DNA from: the human T2T-CHM13v2.0 reference genome, Homo sapiens
NCBI RefSeq assembly: GCF_009914755.1
Contig: NC_060929.1
DNA length: 64,000 bases
Reading direction: 5' to 3' (one strand)
Shown here: piece by piece, positions 1-13,299 of the stretch
Layout of the letters: each line of letters opens with the position of its first letter
Position numbering within the stretch: the stretch's first letter is position 1
Program-made: the position numbers and the translations under genes
The notes under the pieces: model-generated
Databases searched by the model: none
What the model saw: the letters and a program-made list of their open reading frames with translations, nothing else
Told to the model about the DNA's origin: nothing

Positions 1-194
1 TTCCCCTTAAAAAAAAATTTTAGAGCACTTACTTTGACCATCTTTGTTTAGTAGCATAAGTTACTTTTAAATAATGTATATATGGATTTACATATATACA
101 ATTTATATAATATATACATGGATTAATATATATTCCATGGCCTTGACTAGAATGTCATATCAGTAACAGTGATAATGTGATGATGATCATGATA

Positions 195-432
195 ATGACA
201 GCAGCTAACACTGATTTAGCCTGTATCATCTGCCAGTGCTTTGCATGCATTATATTGCATACTTTTCACGATAAACCTATGAGGTAGATATTATTATTGC
301 CCATTTTACAAATGAGAACACTGTGGCTTAGGGAAGTTAAATAGTTTATCCACCAGGTTATTATGTGGCAGGGGTGGTCTCCAATCATTGGCATATGTAT
401 TCCCAAGCCTGTGATCTTAACCATGCACCATA
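195..432 (-). mobile_element. MIR SINE
   Basis: Reverse MIR core: CCTATGAGGTAG..ATTATT..CCCATTTTACAAATGAG..ACTG. Confidence 0.8.
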
Positions 433-1170
433 CGTAGGCCCCTCTTCATGCATACAGTGTCCCCCAGTGTCTATGAGGGATGACTCTAAATGTTAATTTC
501 CATGCCCCTGGGACCACAGTTCTCTTAACAGAAGAATAAGATTTTGAGTATCAACACTTTCCTTACTGGGTAGAATTATATTTCCATTCTCAACAATGAA
601 TTAATTATTGCCTCCCTGTTTCTTTTAAACTAAGGCCTCTTTCCATCACCTGTGACTGGATTCTGTTGTGTGCCTTCCCTGAGCCTGTGTCATTTCATTT
701 GCTACAATGGGAGTGATTGATGGTTCTAATTCTTATTTATTTAATTTTTTAATATATTAGGCACCAGACTGGGAAAATTTACTCACCCCATTTGTCATTC
801 TAAAAAATCTAAGACTAATGAGATATAGAAAAAAAAAAAACTTAAATGGAACAGAGTTTCCCAGGGTCCCCAGTAGGTAGGTGGAGTCATGGCAAGAAAT
901 GAACCCAGGGCTTACTGAAGAACTCCAGTGGAAGACAGTGCAGAAACCCGGGTAAAAGGCCAAATGGGCCAGAGTCAGCCTCCTACTATGACAATCTTTG
1001 GTGTAAGGAAGTAGATATCCTTCATTCAGAACAAAGAGAACAGGACAGGGATTTGGTTAGCTCATGGGTCTTATGCTTATAAAAATGGAACTGGCAATAG
1101 TGGTTCCTCTCTTCTAATTAAATATGCTGCCAAGTTGAGGGACAAATTTGAATTTGGTCAAGTACCTTGA

Positions 1171-1508
<338 letters not shown>

Positions 1509-2987
1509 AGAAAACCTCTTTTCTAAAATGACATTGCCTCACTCACTTGCCAGAAAGTGTTTCTTCCCAAATAATGTCACTGATGAACTGAAGAACTTTC
1601 AAAGTATGATGGATCCATGTCATTTAGGTAAGCCATTTGTCTGGGGTGCCAAAACAGAATCAATTCCCCACAATTCCTTAAACAACAGGTATCCTTATAT
1701 GGGCCAGATTTGCCTGAAAAGAACAGAATGACATTGCCCAGTGAATCCCCCAGGCTTCACATTCCAAAAGTGTCCCATTAAATGAATCCAAGCAGTTGCT
1801 TCTGAAATCATAAATTCCAAAAGACAATGAAAGTTGCAATCACAAGGGGTAACAGAAGCCAAACACATTAGGAACATGTTCCTTGTGCAAATAGCATAAT
1901 CCCGGACACGCGGGAACACATGGTTTGCCTCAGACATGTTTCATTTTGTCATCGCATTGAGTGTACAGTATTTCTCTTTGGGTGCAAGAGTGATTGATTT
2001 CCTTGGGAGAATTGTTTGTAAGAACATGAAAGTTGCCAAAGCAAACACGTTGGAGGGAAGTGTGGAGAAGGGGAGTAAGAATATTTGGAGTAGATCTGGG
2101 TTTGGGAAGTTCATGCAGAGGTGAGACAGTGAGATGTAGAACAAATAAAAACATTCTGCACACTTCATCTACATAAATTATGTTCTGAAATTCACTCTGT
2201 GTAGACATTAGCAGTGCAGCTACAACTCTCCCTAGTGTGCCTCCAGAATGTGGGCACAAAGCCAATTTTTAAGTGAATGATTTGTAACTTTTCCTCCAAA
2301 TAAATTAATCTACTAATATTTAGATCATCCTGATTTTAATCCACAAAAGTCATGTAGTCATTGTAAAAAATATCCAATAATCTATTTGTCTTTTATGATA
2401 GAATTATAGTACTGATTTGTATTAATAGATCTGTCGAGATATGTTGACAAAATGGAAAACATTACACATATTTCCTTTGATCTCTTTCTCTACCATAAAA
2501 AACCTACCTAAATAAATACAGCGGCATTTATAACATGTGAATTTGAAATGATCCTTTTGGTTATTTACTTTAAATTTTAAATTATGTTAAAGATGAGCAT
2601 TTTAAGCTTCTATCTACCTATATGAACTTGCTTCTTAAGCGATGTAAATTTATTATAAAATACTCATGACACTTAGATGCTTAAGTGTGTGGTTACAAGG
2701 CAGAGTAACAAATGGAATTTGTTTACTCCAATGGGATTTTGTTTTCCATATAGCTATTGTTATAGTGCAAAATGAGAACTTCTGAGAATTAGCAATAGGA
2801 TACCTAAATAAACATTCCCATTTAAAGATGATTCTGTAAGTAAAACATAAATAATTTAAACCCCAGAGAATAAAGGCTCTTGACCTGGTTCTGTACAGTG
2901 CCCAGAATAGCTTCGTTACATGAAGGTTCTCATCATTCACACTAAGGCAGTTTTTCTCAAGTCTCCCCACTGCTGTTCTCCTGCCTA

Positions 2988-3548
2988 GCTAGTTATCTAT
3001 TGTGGTATAATAGATTACCCCCAAACTTAGCAGTTTAAAACAACACTTATTATCTCACAGTTTCTATGGGTCAGGAGCTGGGCACGGTTTGGCTGGATCC
3101 CCTAACTGGGTCTCTTGCATGACTACAGTCATCTCAAGGCTTGAATTGGAAGGGTCCACTTCTGAGGTCACTCATCTGCTTGGTGGCAGGAATCAGTTCT
3201 GTGCTTGTTGACTGGTGGACTGAGGCCTCATTTCTTCCAGGGCTGTTGGCTGGAGGCTTCGCCTCCCTAGGTTCCTTCCCATGTGGGCCTCTAGGTAGAT
3301 CATCTCACAACATGTCACTTGGCTGCATCAGTGCTAGCATGCAAGTGGGCGAGAGAGTACTAGCAAGGTGGAAGACAGAGTCTCTCGTGACCTGATCATG
3401 TAAGTGACACCCCATCACTTTAGCTGTATTTTCTTTGTTGGAGGAAAGTGACTAGGTCCTGCTCACACTCGAGGGGAGGGGATTACACACGGTTTGAATT
3501 CCAAGAGGTGTGCATCACTGGGAGCATGTCAGTAGCTGTCTTCTGTAT
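2988..3548 (-). mobile_element. MaLR LTR (MLT1 family)
   Basis: AGTTATCTATTG..CCCCAAACTTAG..TTAAAACAAC..TTATTATCTCACAGTTTCT is typical of a reverse MLT1 end. Confidence 0.7.
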
Positions 3549-3576
3549 CACTGGTGACTATTAGGGGTATACTTCC

Positions 3577-4100
3577 TGTGATGGTTAATTTTAGGTGTCA
3601 ACTTGACTAGATTAAGGATACCTAGAGAACTGGTAACACATTATATCTGGGTGTGTCTGTTGGGGTGTTTCCAGAGAAGACTGGCAGTCTGTGAACTGAG
3701 TGGAGGGAAATCCACCCTCTATGTGGACAGGCACCACCCAATCACCTAGAGGCCCAGAAAGAACCAAAAAAAAGCAGAGGAAAGGTGGTTTCCTCTCTCT
3801 CTCTCCTGGAGCTGAGACATCCATCTTCTGCTCTTGGACATCAGAACTCCAGGCTCTCCAGCCTTTGGACTCTAATACTTAACCAGCAGCCCCCTAGGTT
3901 CTCAGACCCTTGGTTTCAGACTGAGAATTAAACCATCAGCTCCCCTAGTTCTGAAGCTTTCAGATTTAGACTGAGCCATGGTACTGGCATCCAGGGTCTC
4001 CAGCTTTTGGACGGCTTGTTGTGGGATTTCTGAGCCTGCATAACCATGTGAGCCAACTTCCCTAATAAATTACCTCTCATCTACCTACCTTTCTATCTGC
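3577..4100 (+). mobile_element. ERVL LTR (MLT2 family)
   Basis: Starts TGTGATGGTTAATTTTAGGTGTCAACTTGACT; AATAAA near 4064. Confidence 0.85.
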
Positions 4101-4127
4101 AGTCATACCTTGGTATCTGTGGGGGAC

Positions 4128-4270
4128 TCAGGAACCTGTTAGAACTGCAGATTTCCAGGCCTACTCAAGATCTACTGAGTCAGAAACTCTAGGATTGAGG
4201 CCCAGTATGCTGTGTTCTAAGAAGCCCACCAGATTATTCTGAGCATCTTAAAAATTTGAGAAGTATTGCC
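4128..4270. mobile_element. MER5A-like hAT-Charlie MITE
   Basis: GTTAGAACTGCAGATT..CTACTGAGTCAGAAACTCT..TTTGAGAAGTATTG. Confidence 0.7.
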
Positions 4271-4963
4271 TTAAAAACAAAGGGAGCAGAGCTGCCGGGC
4301 CTCCCAATTTCCCTCTTACAAGACCAGGATCCCAGTCATGGGAATACTTGCTACTGCTCATGGTTTTAATGATGATGATTTGCAACGTAAACCAGGAGAC
4401 AGCTTATGAGGGTACATCATGTGGCAAATCTAGAAGAGAATTTTAGTTTTTCTTTACCTGGGATTTCAGTTTTTCAACCTAGTGAACCTCATGCACCTAA
4501 CCCCAAAGCCTAGTACTTTACATGTTGTGAGGCCAAAAGGAACTAAACAAAGCTTCAGAAAAGCTAATCAGCAGTAGAAACTTCATTGAGTTGTACAAAT
4601 GCCAGACTTACTAATATACCTTAATTCTCTAAAAGGGTTCTTCTTATACTCTTTACCACTCCCTGCCCCCCACCCAAAAAATATTGTAATGGCCACAACT
4701 GTACTCCTAAGGTATAAGGTGGCTAAGAATAGCTAATTATATGTACTAGGTCCTTCTAGTAGGAATGCAAACTGAAGTGAGTTAGCATCATAACCATGGA
4801 ATGCTATGCAAAATCTCATGTCCTCCCCATTTGTGTTCCTTCTGGTCTCTTTACCATCATTTCAAACTCTTCATCTTTGGGAGGCCTCCACAGTGTCATA
4901 AGAAAGAATACAGGCTCTGGAGATGGAAGATCTGGGTTCACATCTAAGCTCTGATACCTAGTA

Positions 4964-5287
4964 CAGTCATGCATCCATAACAATGTCTCAGTCAATGACA
5001 GACCACCACTAACAGACAGATATTGATCCCATAAGATGATTAGGCTTTATTGTTATTGTGTCTTTTCTGTGTTTAGATATGTTTAGGTACACTTACCTTT
5101 GTGTTACAAGTGCCTACAGTACTCAGTATAGCCATACTGAACAGGTTTGTAGCCTAAGTAGGCTGCACCATATAGTCTAGATGTGTAGTAGACTATACCA
5201 TCTACATTTCTGTAAGTACACCCTATTATGTTCACACAACAACAAATTTCTCAAAACATAACCCCATTGTTAAGCAACCCATGACTG
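4964..5287. mobile_element. Tigger3/MER7-type TcMar MITE inserted in a MIR fragment
   Basis: TIRs CAGTCATG...CATGACTG with TA duplication at 4962-63 and 5288-89. Confidence 0.85.
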
Positions 5288-5784
5288 TACATCTATACTA
5301 GTCTATAACTTTTGGTCAGAGCAATCAGCAGTCATCCAACATAGCAGTGCGAATGCCAGGTATCTGAAAGGGTGAATTACTACAACCCTACTGTTCTAGT
5401 TGGACAGTGTAGATCCATTAGGCCAACATTTATGGTTAGAGCAATTTCTTATCTTTACTGTTTTGCCTTTGGGTAAGTAGACAAAGCCAATGGACTCCAA
5501 ATTATTTTATCCACATCATTCACCTGGTAAATCAGTCAATTTATTAATCAGTCAAAATATTTATTCAGTGCTAATTATGTACATGGAATTATGGAAATGT
5601 AAAGAATTACAAGGCATGGCCTTACTTTTAAGTAGCTTGAAATATAGTGGAAACTTAATAGTAGACTGAGTAAAGATTGGCACTTCACAAACGCTCATAT
5701 AGAATTAATACCACGTAAGTAGTGGTCCACATAAAAAATTGCTAGGGATTCGGGAAATGAGTCCTTCACTGGGGGCAAATAAGA

Positions 5785-6340
5785 GTAACAGCACCCAGGC
5801 TCAAGAATCCAGCCACCTGGATTTGAATTCTAGCTCATCCACTTACAGATATATGACAATGGTAAACTGCTTAACCTCCTCATGCTTCAGTGATTCCTTC
5901 TTTTTTTTTTTTTTTTTTGTTTTTTTTCTGTTTGTTTGTTTTTTTGGAGACAGGGTCTCACTCTGTCACCCATGCTGGAGTGCAATGGAGTGAACATAGC
6001 TCACTGCAGCCTCAATCTTCTCCTTAGCTCAAGCCATCCTTCTGCCTCAGCCTCCCAAGTAGCTGGGACTACAGGCTTGCACCTACACACCTAGCTAATT
6101 TTTTGTAGAGATGGGGTCTTACTGCATTGCACAGCCTGGTCTTAAACTCCTGAGCCCATGGGATCTTCTCACTTTGGCCTCCCAAAGTGCTGGGATTACA
6201 GGTGTGCACCACCATGCCTGGCCCAGTGTTTCTCTCTTAAAAACCTTGTAGGATGGCTGTGAGAATTAAATGAACTAATTTATGTCACATACTTAACATA
6301 GAACCTAGCCTAAAGTACTCCATACATGTTACCTATGTAG
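5785..6340 (+). mobile_element. MIR split by the Alu at 5897-6223
   Basis: MIR 5' half at 5785-5895; 3' half (GTGAGAATTAAATGA) resumes at 6224. Confidence 0.7.
5897..6223 (-). mobile_element. AluJ
   Basis: Poly-T plus diverged reverse Alu dimer (CTCACTGCAGCCTC, GCTCAAGC). Confidence 0.92.
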
Positions 6341-6349
6341 TGGTAGCTT

Positions 6350-6830
6350 TTATGGGGTAATAGTATTCATGAAGAAGAAAAAAGTCTTAGTAGGGTCTTA
6401 TGAAGACTACAGAGTAAGGAGGAAAAGGTCTTACAGATATGGACTATAACATCAATAGTACAAATTGCAGGAAAATTGTGGTGTTGGCTGGGATAGTAAG
6501 TTTGGCCCAGTTGTAAAAGGTCTTGAACATAAGATGAACTTAAGACTTCTTCATGTAATCAATAGAGAATCACTTTCACTTCTTAAGCAGAAGTGTAGCA
6601 TGATAAAGATGTTTTGCAAAGTTTTAGTCTGCTGCATATATTGGGCAATGGGAAGACTAGAGGTAAGGAGACCAGAGAGAAAAAGGTATTTCAGTGGTAC
6701 AGGAATAGGGTAAAAGGTGCCCAATCTTTGACGATAACAGTGGGAGTGCAGAAGGGAGAAAAGGTGAGTTTTTGCAGAGGAAGAATTAACTATACTTGGT
6801 GAATGACAGGATGTGAGAATTATGCTGCTA
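6350..6830 (-). mobile_element. L2 LINE fragment
   Basis: Purine-rich diverged L2-like sequence (TTAAGCAGAAGTGTAGCATGAT, GGAGACCAG). Confidence 0.5.
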
Positions 6831-6867
6831 TTTTTTATACATTCTATTTACAAGTTTAATTTCTGTT

Positions 6868-7120
6868 CCTTCTTCAAAGGTCATCTAAAATATTACCTCC
6901 TCTGGGAAGCTTTCTCTATCCCTCCCAGATAGTTATTTTTCTCTGTCAATCCTGTCAATCAGTTCATATTTCTATGACAACACATCAAGAATTGTTGTAT
7001 TTCGGTGAGTATACATATCTCGCCACCTCCAACCAGATGTCTAATATTTTTGTATCCACATCACACTATGCCTGGCACACAGTAGGTGCTCACGATAAAA
7101 GAAAGAATGAATAGATGATT
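6868..7120 (+). mobile_element. L2 LINE 3' end
   Basis: ACCTCCTCTGGGAAGCTTTC..CCTGGCACACAGTAGGTGCTC..GAATGAAT. Confidence 0.75.
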
Positions 7121-7148
7121 AAATCTGGGTCTTTGGTTCCCCTTGATC

Positions 7149-7289
7149 ATTTTTTTTTTTTTTTTTTTTTAAGAGATGGAGGTCTTGCTGTGTTGCCCAG
7201 GGTGGTCTCAAACTCCTGACCTCAAGCAATCCTCCTGCCTCAGCCTCCCAAAGCACTGGGATCACAGGCATGAGCCAACACACCCAGCC
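7149..7289 (-). mobile_element. FLAM / Alu left monomer
   Basis: Poly-T plus a single reverse left Alu monomer. Confidence 0.85.
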
Positions 7290-8226
7290 TACAATATAAG
7301 TATTTTAAGGTGAAGTTTATTTGTATTTTTTTCAACCCTTATGCTACTTTATGGCTATAATGTTATACAGATCCAAGAATCTCAAAATAAATGCCCAATT
7401 TTTGACACTTTTTATAGCATTTTATAAGAAGTGGTTTTTCTTTGTTATTAATTTTTCATATATTTTATTGACTTGTTAAATGAAAATATTCATAATTTTT
7501 CTAAGAATTTATGTAAGGATATTGTAGAGCAAAGTAATGTATCATACGTTGCTTTTTTAAAATAAACTGTTTTCAAGCAAAAGAAGAACAAAAATTTAAT
7601 ATCATTACTAGAGATTTTTCTATAATAAAACCATTTTGTCAGCTACTCACAATGTAGTTCTTCTGCTCAAGTTTCTTAGAATCTGTGTGGTCTCTTCTGA
7701 ATTCTTTAAATAGACAGGAGCCCATCTATGTGAGCAGGTAGATGAATGGGTGCAATGAAAGAGGCCAGTCTCTTTCTCCACATATAAATCTCCAAAAATA
7801 ATAGGATACATGTGTGCAAAAGTGGTAAACCACTAATAATATTTATAACTCCACAATTCCTAGTGGAAATAAAATAATAAAGCAATAAAACATTCGAGGA
7901 AAGGAACAAGTACCATGGTTAAAACGTTGGCATCAGGGCTTGAAACTTGTCTGAAACCCAGTCACTCATGATTTGGAATGTTTACAGTAGGAATTTAGAT
8001 TGTTTTATGTCATGGTCCACTTACAGATCGGCAGGCCAGATCTCATGGGCGGGATCTGTATTAAACCTGTGCCATATTCCTATTGAGCACAAAGACTGAA
8101 CATGCTCTTCATCATTAGAGACTTTTTGCTACTTAATTGGTGGTAGTACTGGCTGAGTCACCCTTATGCTTTGGTAGAGGGTAAAGGGAGTTAATTATGT
8201 GTAGTTTTTAAAAATTTCACTTGCAT

Positions 8227-8528
<302 letters not shown>

Positions 8529-9316
8529 TCAAAATTATAAAATAGTTAAGATAATGTATATTGCTTTGTCTTAGAAAAAGATTAATAAATGCTATCTTTT
8601 AAACATTTGATACCTTGTTTAATATACTACTTCTAAAATAAGCCATATATATATTCAGAAACCATCTTTAAAGCATGACTAAAAAGTGATGCAATTTTTT
8701 TTCACCCTTCATCAAACTTACAGGAATGTTCTCCTCTAAGCAATCACCCTGGGAGCACACCAATATCAATAATACTGCCATTCCTGAGGACATCTTGAGA
8801 ACTCTCCTTTTGTAACCAGTTTACAAGACACACAAGATGATAAATCTTCAAGGATATGTTAGTTTTTGTTTGTTTGTTTTTACTAAATTTGTTCATCCAC
8901 TTTATTCAACATATTTGACTCAGTGACATTTGGCCATTTGCAAAATTAAATCTACCTTCAAAGAATAAAGTTTTTCAAATGAATGGGCAATTTTTTTTTT
9001 TTTTTTTTTTTTTTGCATTTCAAAAAGTTTTCATGATGGGGCTTATTGATAGAAAATGCAATTGAAAATTATCAGTTTTTAAACATTGTTTATAAAGTAC
9101 CTGTTGCAAGGACAGAGCTAGATAATTACCCTTATTAATTATTGAAAAAGACAATGAAAGCACTTGCCATCAGTGGAGTTTTATTAATGACACAGAAACT
9201 GAAGGATCCTTTACCTTTTTTTAACTATTTTTTAAAATAATTATAGACTCATAGGATGTTGCAAAAATAGAGTTCCATACACCCTTCACCCAGCTTTCTC
9301 TAGTGGCGACATGTAA

Positions 9317-10053
<737 letters not shown>

Positions 10054-11789
10054 GTATTTTCACTGTTAAGTACACTACAGGCCTTACTCAGTTTTTGCCA
10101 AGTTTTACATGCATTCATGTGTGTACTGTTCTATGTAGTTTTATCCCATGTGTAATTCAAGTAAGCACCATAACAAGGTAGAGAACTCTTCCATCAATAC
10201 AAAGGAACTCATTCCTGGTCCCCTCTTACATTCGGACCCCCACCCTTTCCCTGTCCTGTGTAGGCCACCAATCTGTTCTCATATGTACAGTTTTGTCATT
10301 TTGAGAATGTTACATAAATGGAAATATGCGGTATGTAACAATTTGAGGTGGACTGTTTTCCCTATATTGCCCTTGAGATTCTATTTGTTGTGCACATCAG
10401 TAGTTTATTTCTTTTTATTCCTAAGTAGTATTCCTTTGTATGAATATCCCAGAGTTTTACCACTGAAGGACATATGGGTTGTCTTTTTTCTTTCTTTCTT
10501 CTTATTGTTACAAATAAAGCTACTATGAACATTCATGTACAAGTTTTTCTGCAAACATAAATTTTCATTTCTCTGGGATTAATGCCCTAGGACATAGTGG
10601 CTGGGCTGAATGGTAAGTGCGTATTTAATTTTGTAAGTAACTGACAAACTATTTTCCAGAGTGACTGTGCCACTTTACATTCACATCAATAATGTAGGAG
10701 AGATCCAGGTTTTTTGCATTCTTGCTAGCATTTGGTATTATTGCTATTTTAGCTATTCTAATAGGTCAGTAGTTCTAATTATTTTTGGAAATTGCTGATT
10801 CAATGTATTTGGTCTTATGATAATTCAAAAGAGATGGATTTTTGCCTTCACATTGTCTTCCTGGGTATGAACTTCAAGCCTTATTTTATACTGATTTTTA
10901 GCTTTAAAATTATAAAAAGATGTGTTCATCACTTCGTTTACCAATGTCCAGCATAAGTGACCAAAAACTCACTTCAGGCTCTTCCACCTGCCCTTATAAT
11001 TTCTCCCACGTCATAAACATGCCTTTGTCTAAAAATATTGTCCTTCCTGGAAAAAAAAAAGTCCTATTGGCTGCCTTCTGTTTCTGTTGAGGGAAGGAGG
11101 ACTAATGTTGGGCTGCACTGGTTGCCTCTGGTTGGTCACTCGCAGCATAAATTCTACTGTGAATTCTGGCTTTGTGGCTGGCTTTTGTGGGTGGATTTCT
11201 GGGGATGCTAGGAGTGAACAGCACAATCATAATTCTGCAGGTTTGCTCTGTTCAAAGTTAATAGGTCTGTATGGTGACCCATAGATGAGACAAAGTAGAG
11301 ACTGCTATGTTAGTTGCAAAATGATCACTTTACTTCAAACAGAATTCAAAGTGCCCTTGAGAGGCTGTTGCATTAAGTACTTGCACGGCTGAGGTGGAAC
11401 ACACAGGATACAATTTACTTTCCCCCTCAAGTTCATGCCACTCTTTGTGAAGAGGCCCAAAGTGCTTACTACTAGTCTTAGGGAATGAAATGGCAAGGAG
11501 GAAAAGAATCCAATTACAAAACAGCTTGTGGCTTCTGCTCCACTTACATTTACCCACAACTGCATCTTGAAAATGATGTAACTAGCAGTTACTATGTGTA
11601 AATCATTTCATTTTATTTACTTATAATCATAAAATTACCTCTGTTAGTTGATAATGAAATGTTGGGGTTTGAGGAGGGTCATATGTTTTAATTTCAGGTT
11701 AAGATAAAGCTTTCCAGCATTTGCTTCCCATTCTTTATCTATCTAAATTGACTTATCATTTATATTATTCTATAAATAGGAGTTTGAAC

Positions 11790-12095
11790 AGATGAATATC
11801 ACAAACATACTGATGAGTAAAAAAAAAGTCAATCAAGAGACTCCATACATATTGTATAATTTCATTTATATGAAGTTCAAAAACATGTAAAACTAACCTG
11901 TGGTGAGAGAAATGAGAACAGTGGTTGGAAGTGGAATGACATTTATTGGATACAGGCACAGAGGAGTTTTCTGGGGTGTTTAAAATACTCTGTACCTCTG
12001 GTGGCTACACAGGTGCATATATATGGACAATTCACCAAGATGTACACTAGGAGTTGGATACTTTATTGTATCTATGTTATTCTTTAATTAAAAGT
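11790..12095 (+). mobile_element. L1ME/MC 3' end
   Basis: TACATATTGTATAATTTCATTTATATGAAGTTCAAAA..AAAACTAA motif. Confidence 0.7.
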
Positions 12096-12613
12096 TAAGC
12101 TAACAACTGAAATGAAAAAAATAAGAGGTTTGGTGATAACATCACAGGCAGAATCGATTTTGGTTTTTCCTCTCAAAGTTTCCAGGAATTTTTACATCTT
12201 ACAAATTGTCATTTTCTCCAATGCAAATGAACTGCTTTTCTCACCTCTTTCCTCTTCTCTGCCCCTCCCAGTTTCTAAACTAGTTAGATTTATGGTGCAA
12301 TGTCATGCATACTGTAACTGTGAAATTAAAATATTGTGAAGCAGAGTGTGGAAGCAATAAAACCCTATTAAGATCAGTTTAGGCCTTTAAAAATTCCATG
12401 ATTCCTTTCACTCACATGACATCTTTCATTCCTTTTTTTGAAGTTTGGATCCAAGGAATTTTGCATGCTGTGGGTTGACATTTAGTTAATAGCATCTTTT
12501 GCTGAGGTTCTATTTTCTAAATTAACAAGATCAAGAACAGTGACCTGATGATATTTCTTTGTACATCTGGCTCTTTTCCAAAAAGAAGGATTAAGGGGAT
12601 GGGGGGCGGGGTG

Positions 12614-12644
12614 AAGAGAGAGAGAGACAGAGAGAGAGAGAGAG
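12614..12644 (+). repeat. (GA)n microsatellite
   Basis: Imperfect GA run, read directly. Confidence 0.85.
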
Positions 12645-13299
12645 GAAATCAAACCCCTTTTGGTCACCTTTATTTTAGGGCAAAGTTTGCTTCAAATTTT
12701 TGTAAAAATATTAGATAACTTCTCATCAACAAAAGGAACAAACAACGCCCTCCCCACACAAAATCTGTAGTTGCAATATGTCTACTATTTCTCTTTTGCT
12801 TCCCTGTTATCCTGTGTCTGCAGTTCTTTCTAATGAGCCATGAAAAAGACAAAGAAAAAATACATCTACATATAAACTATGGGGACAGAATCAACAGCTT
12901 GCCTAAGGAATTGAACCAAGTCAGGTTTAACTTCTTAAGACAGATTTGGAGATGGACTTAAGAGGGAAGGAAGAAGACTGAGGAGTATAGTAAGAATCTG
13001 TCTGTCTAGTCACACAGTAGGTGCTCCACACACATTTCTTTTAAAAAAAACTGGTAACAAAAAATACACATTATTTACGCAAGCGAGGAACTCCTACAGC
13101 ATAATGTTTGGCCAAGATAGTGACTTCAGGATGGCACCCGACCCACTTTCCTCTCATTCCCAAATGCTTACTTGGAAATTCCATGTTGCTAAAAGTGAGG
13201 ACGAGGAGAGGGAGGAGCTGGTAAGTATGTGAGAAATACGGAAGACAGATGGAGAGGAAAATGTGTAGCCTACCGAATGCAAAAGGATGCTTTCCAAGA

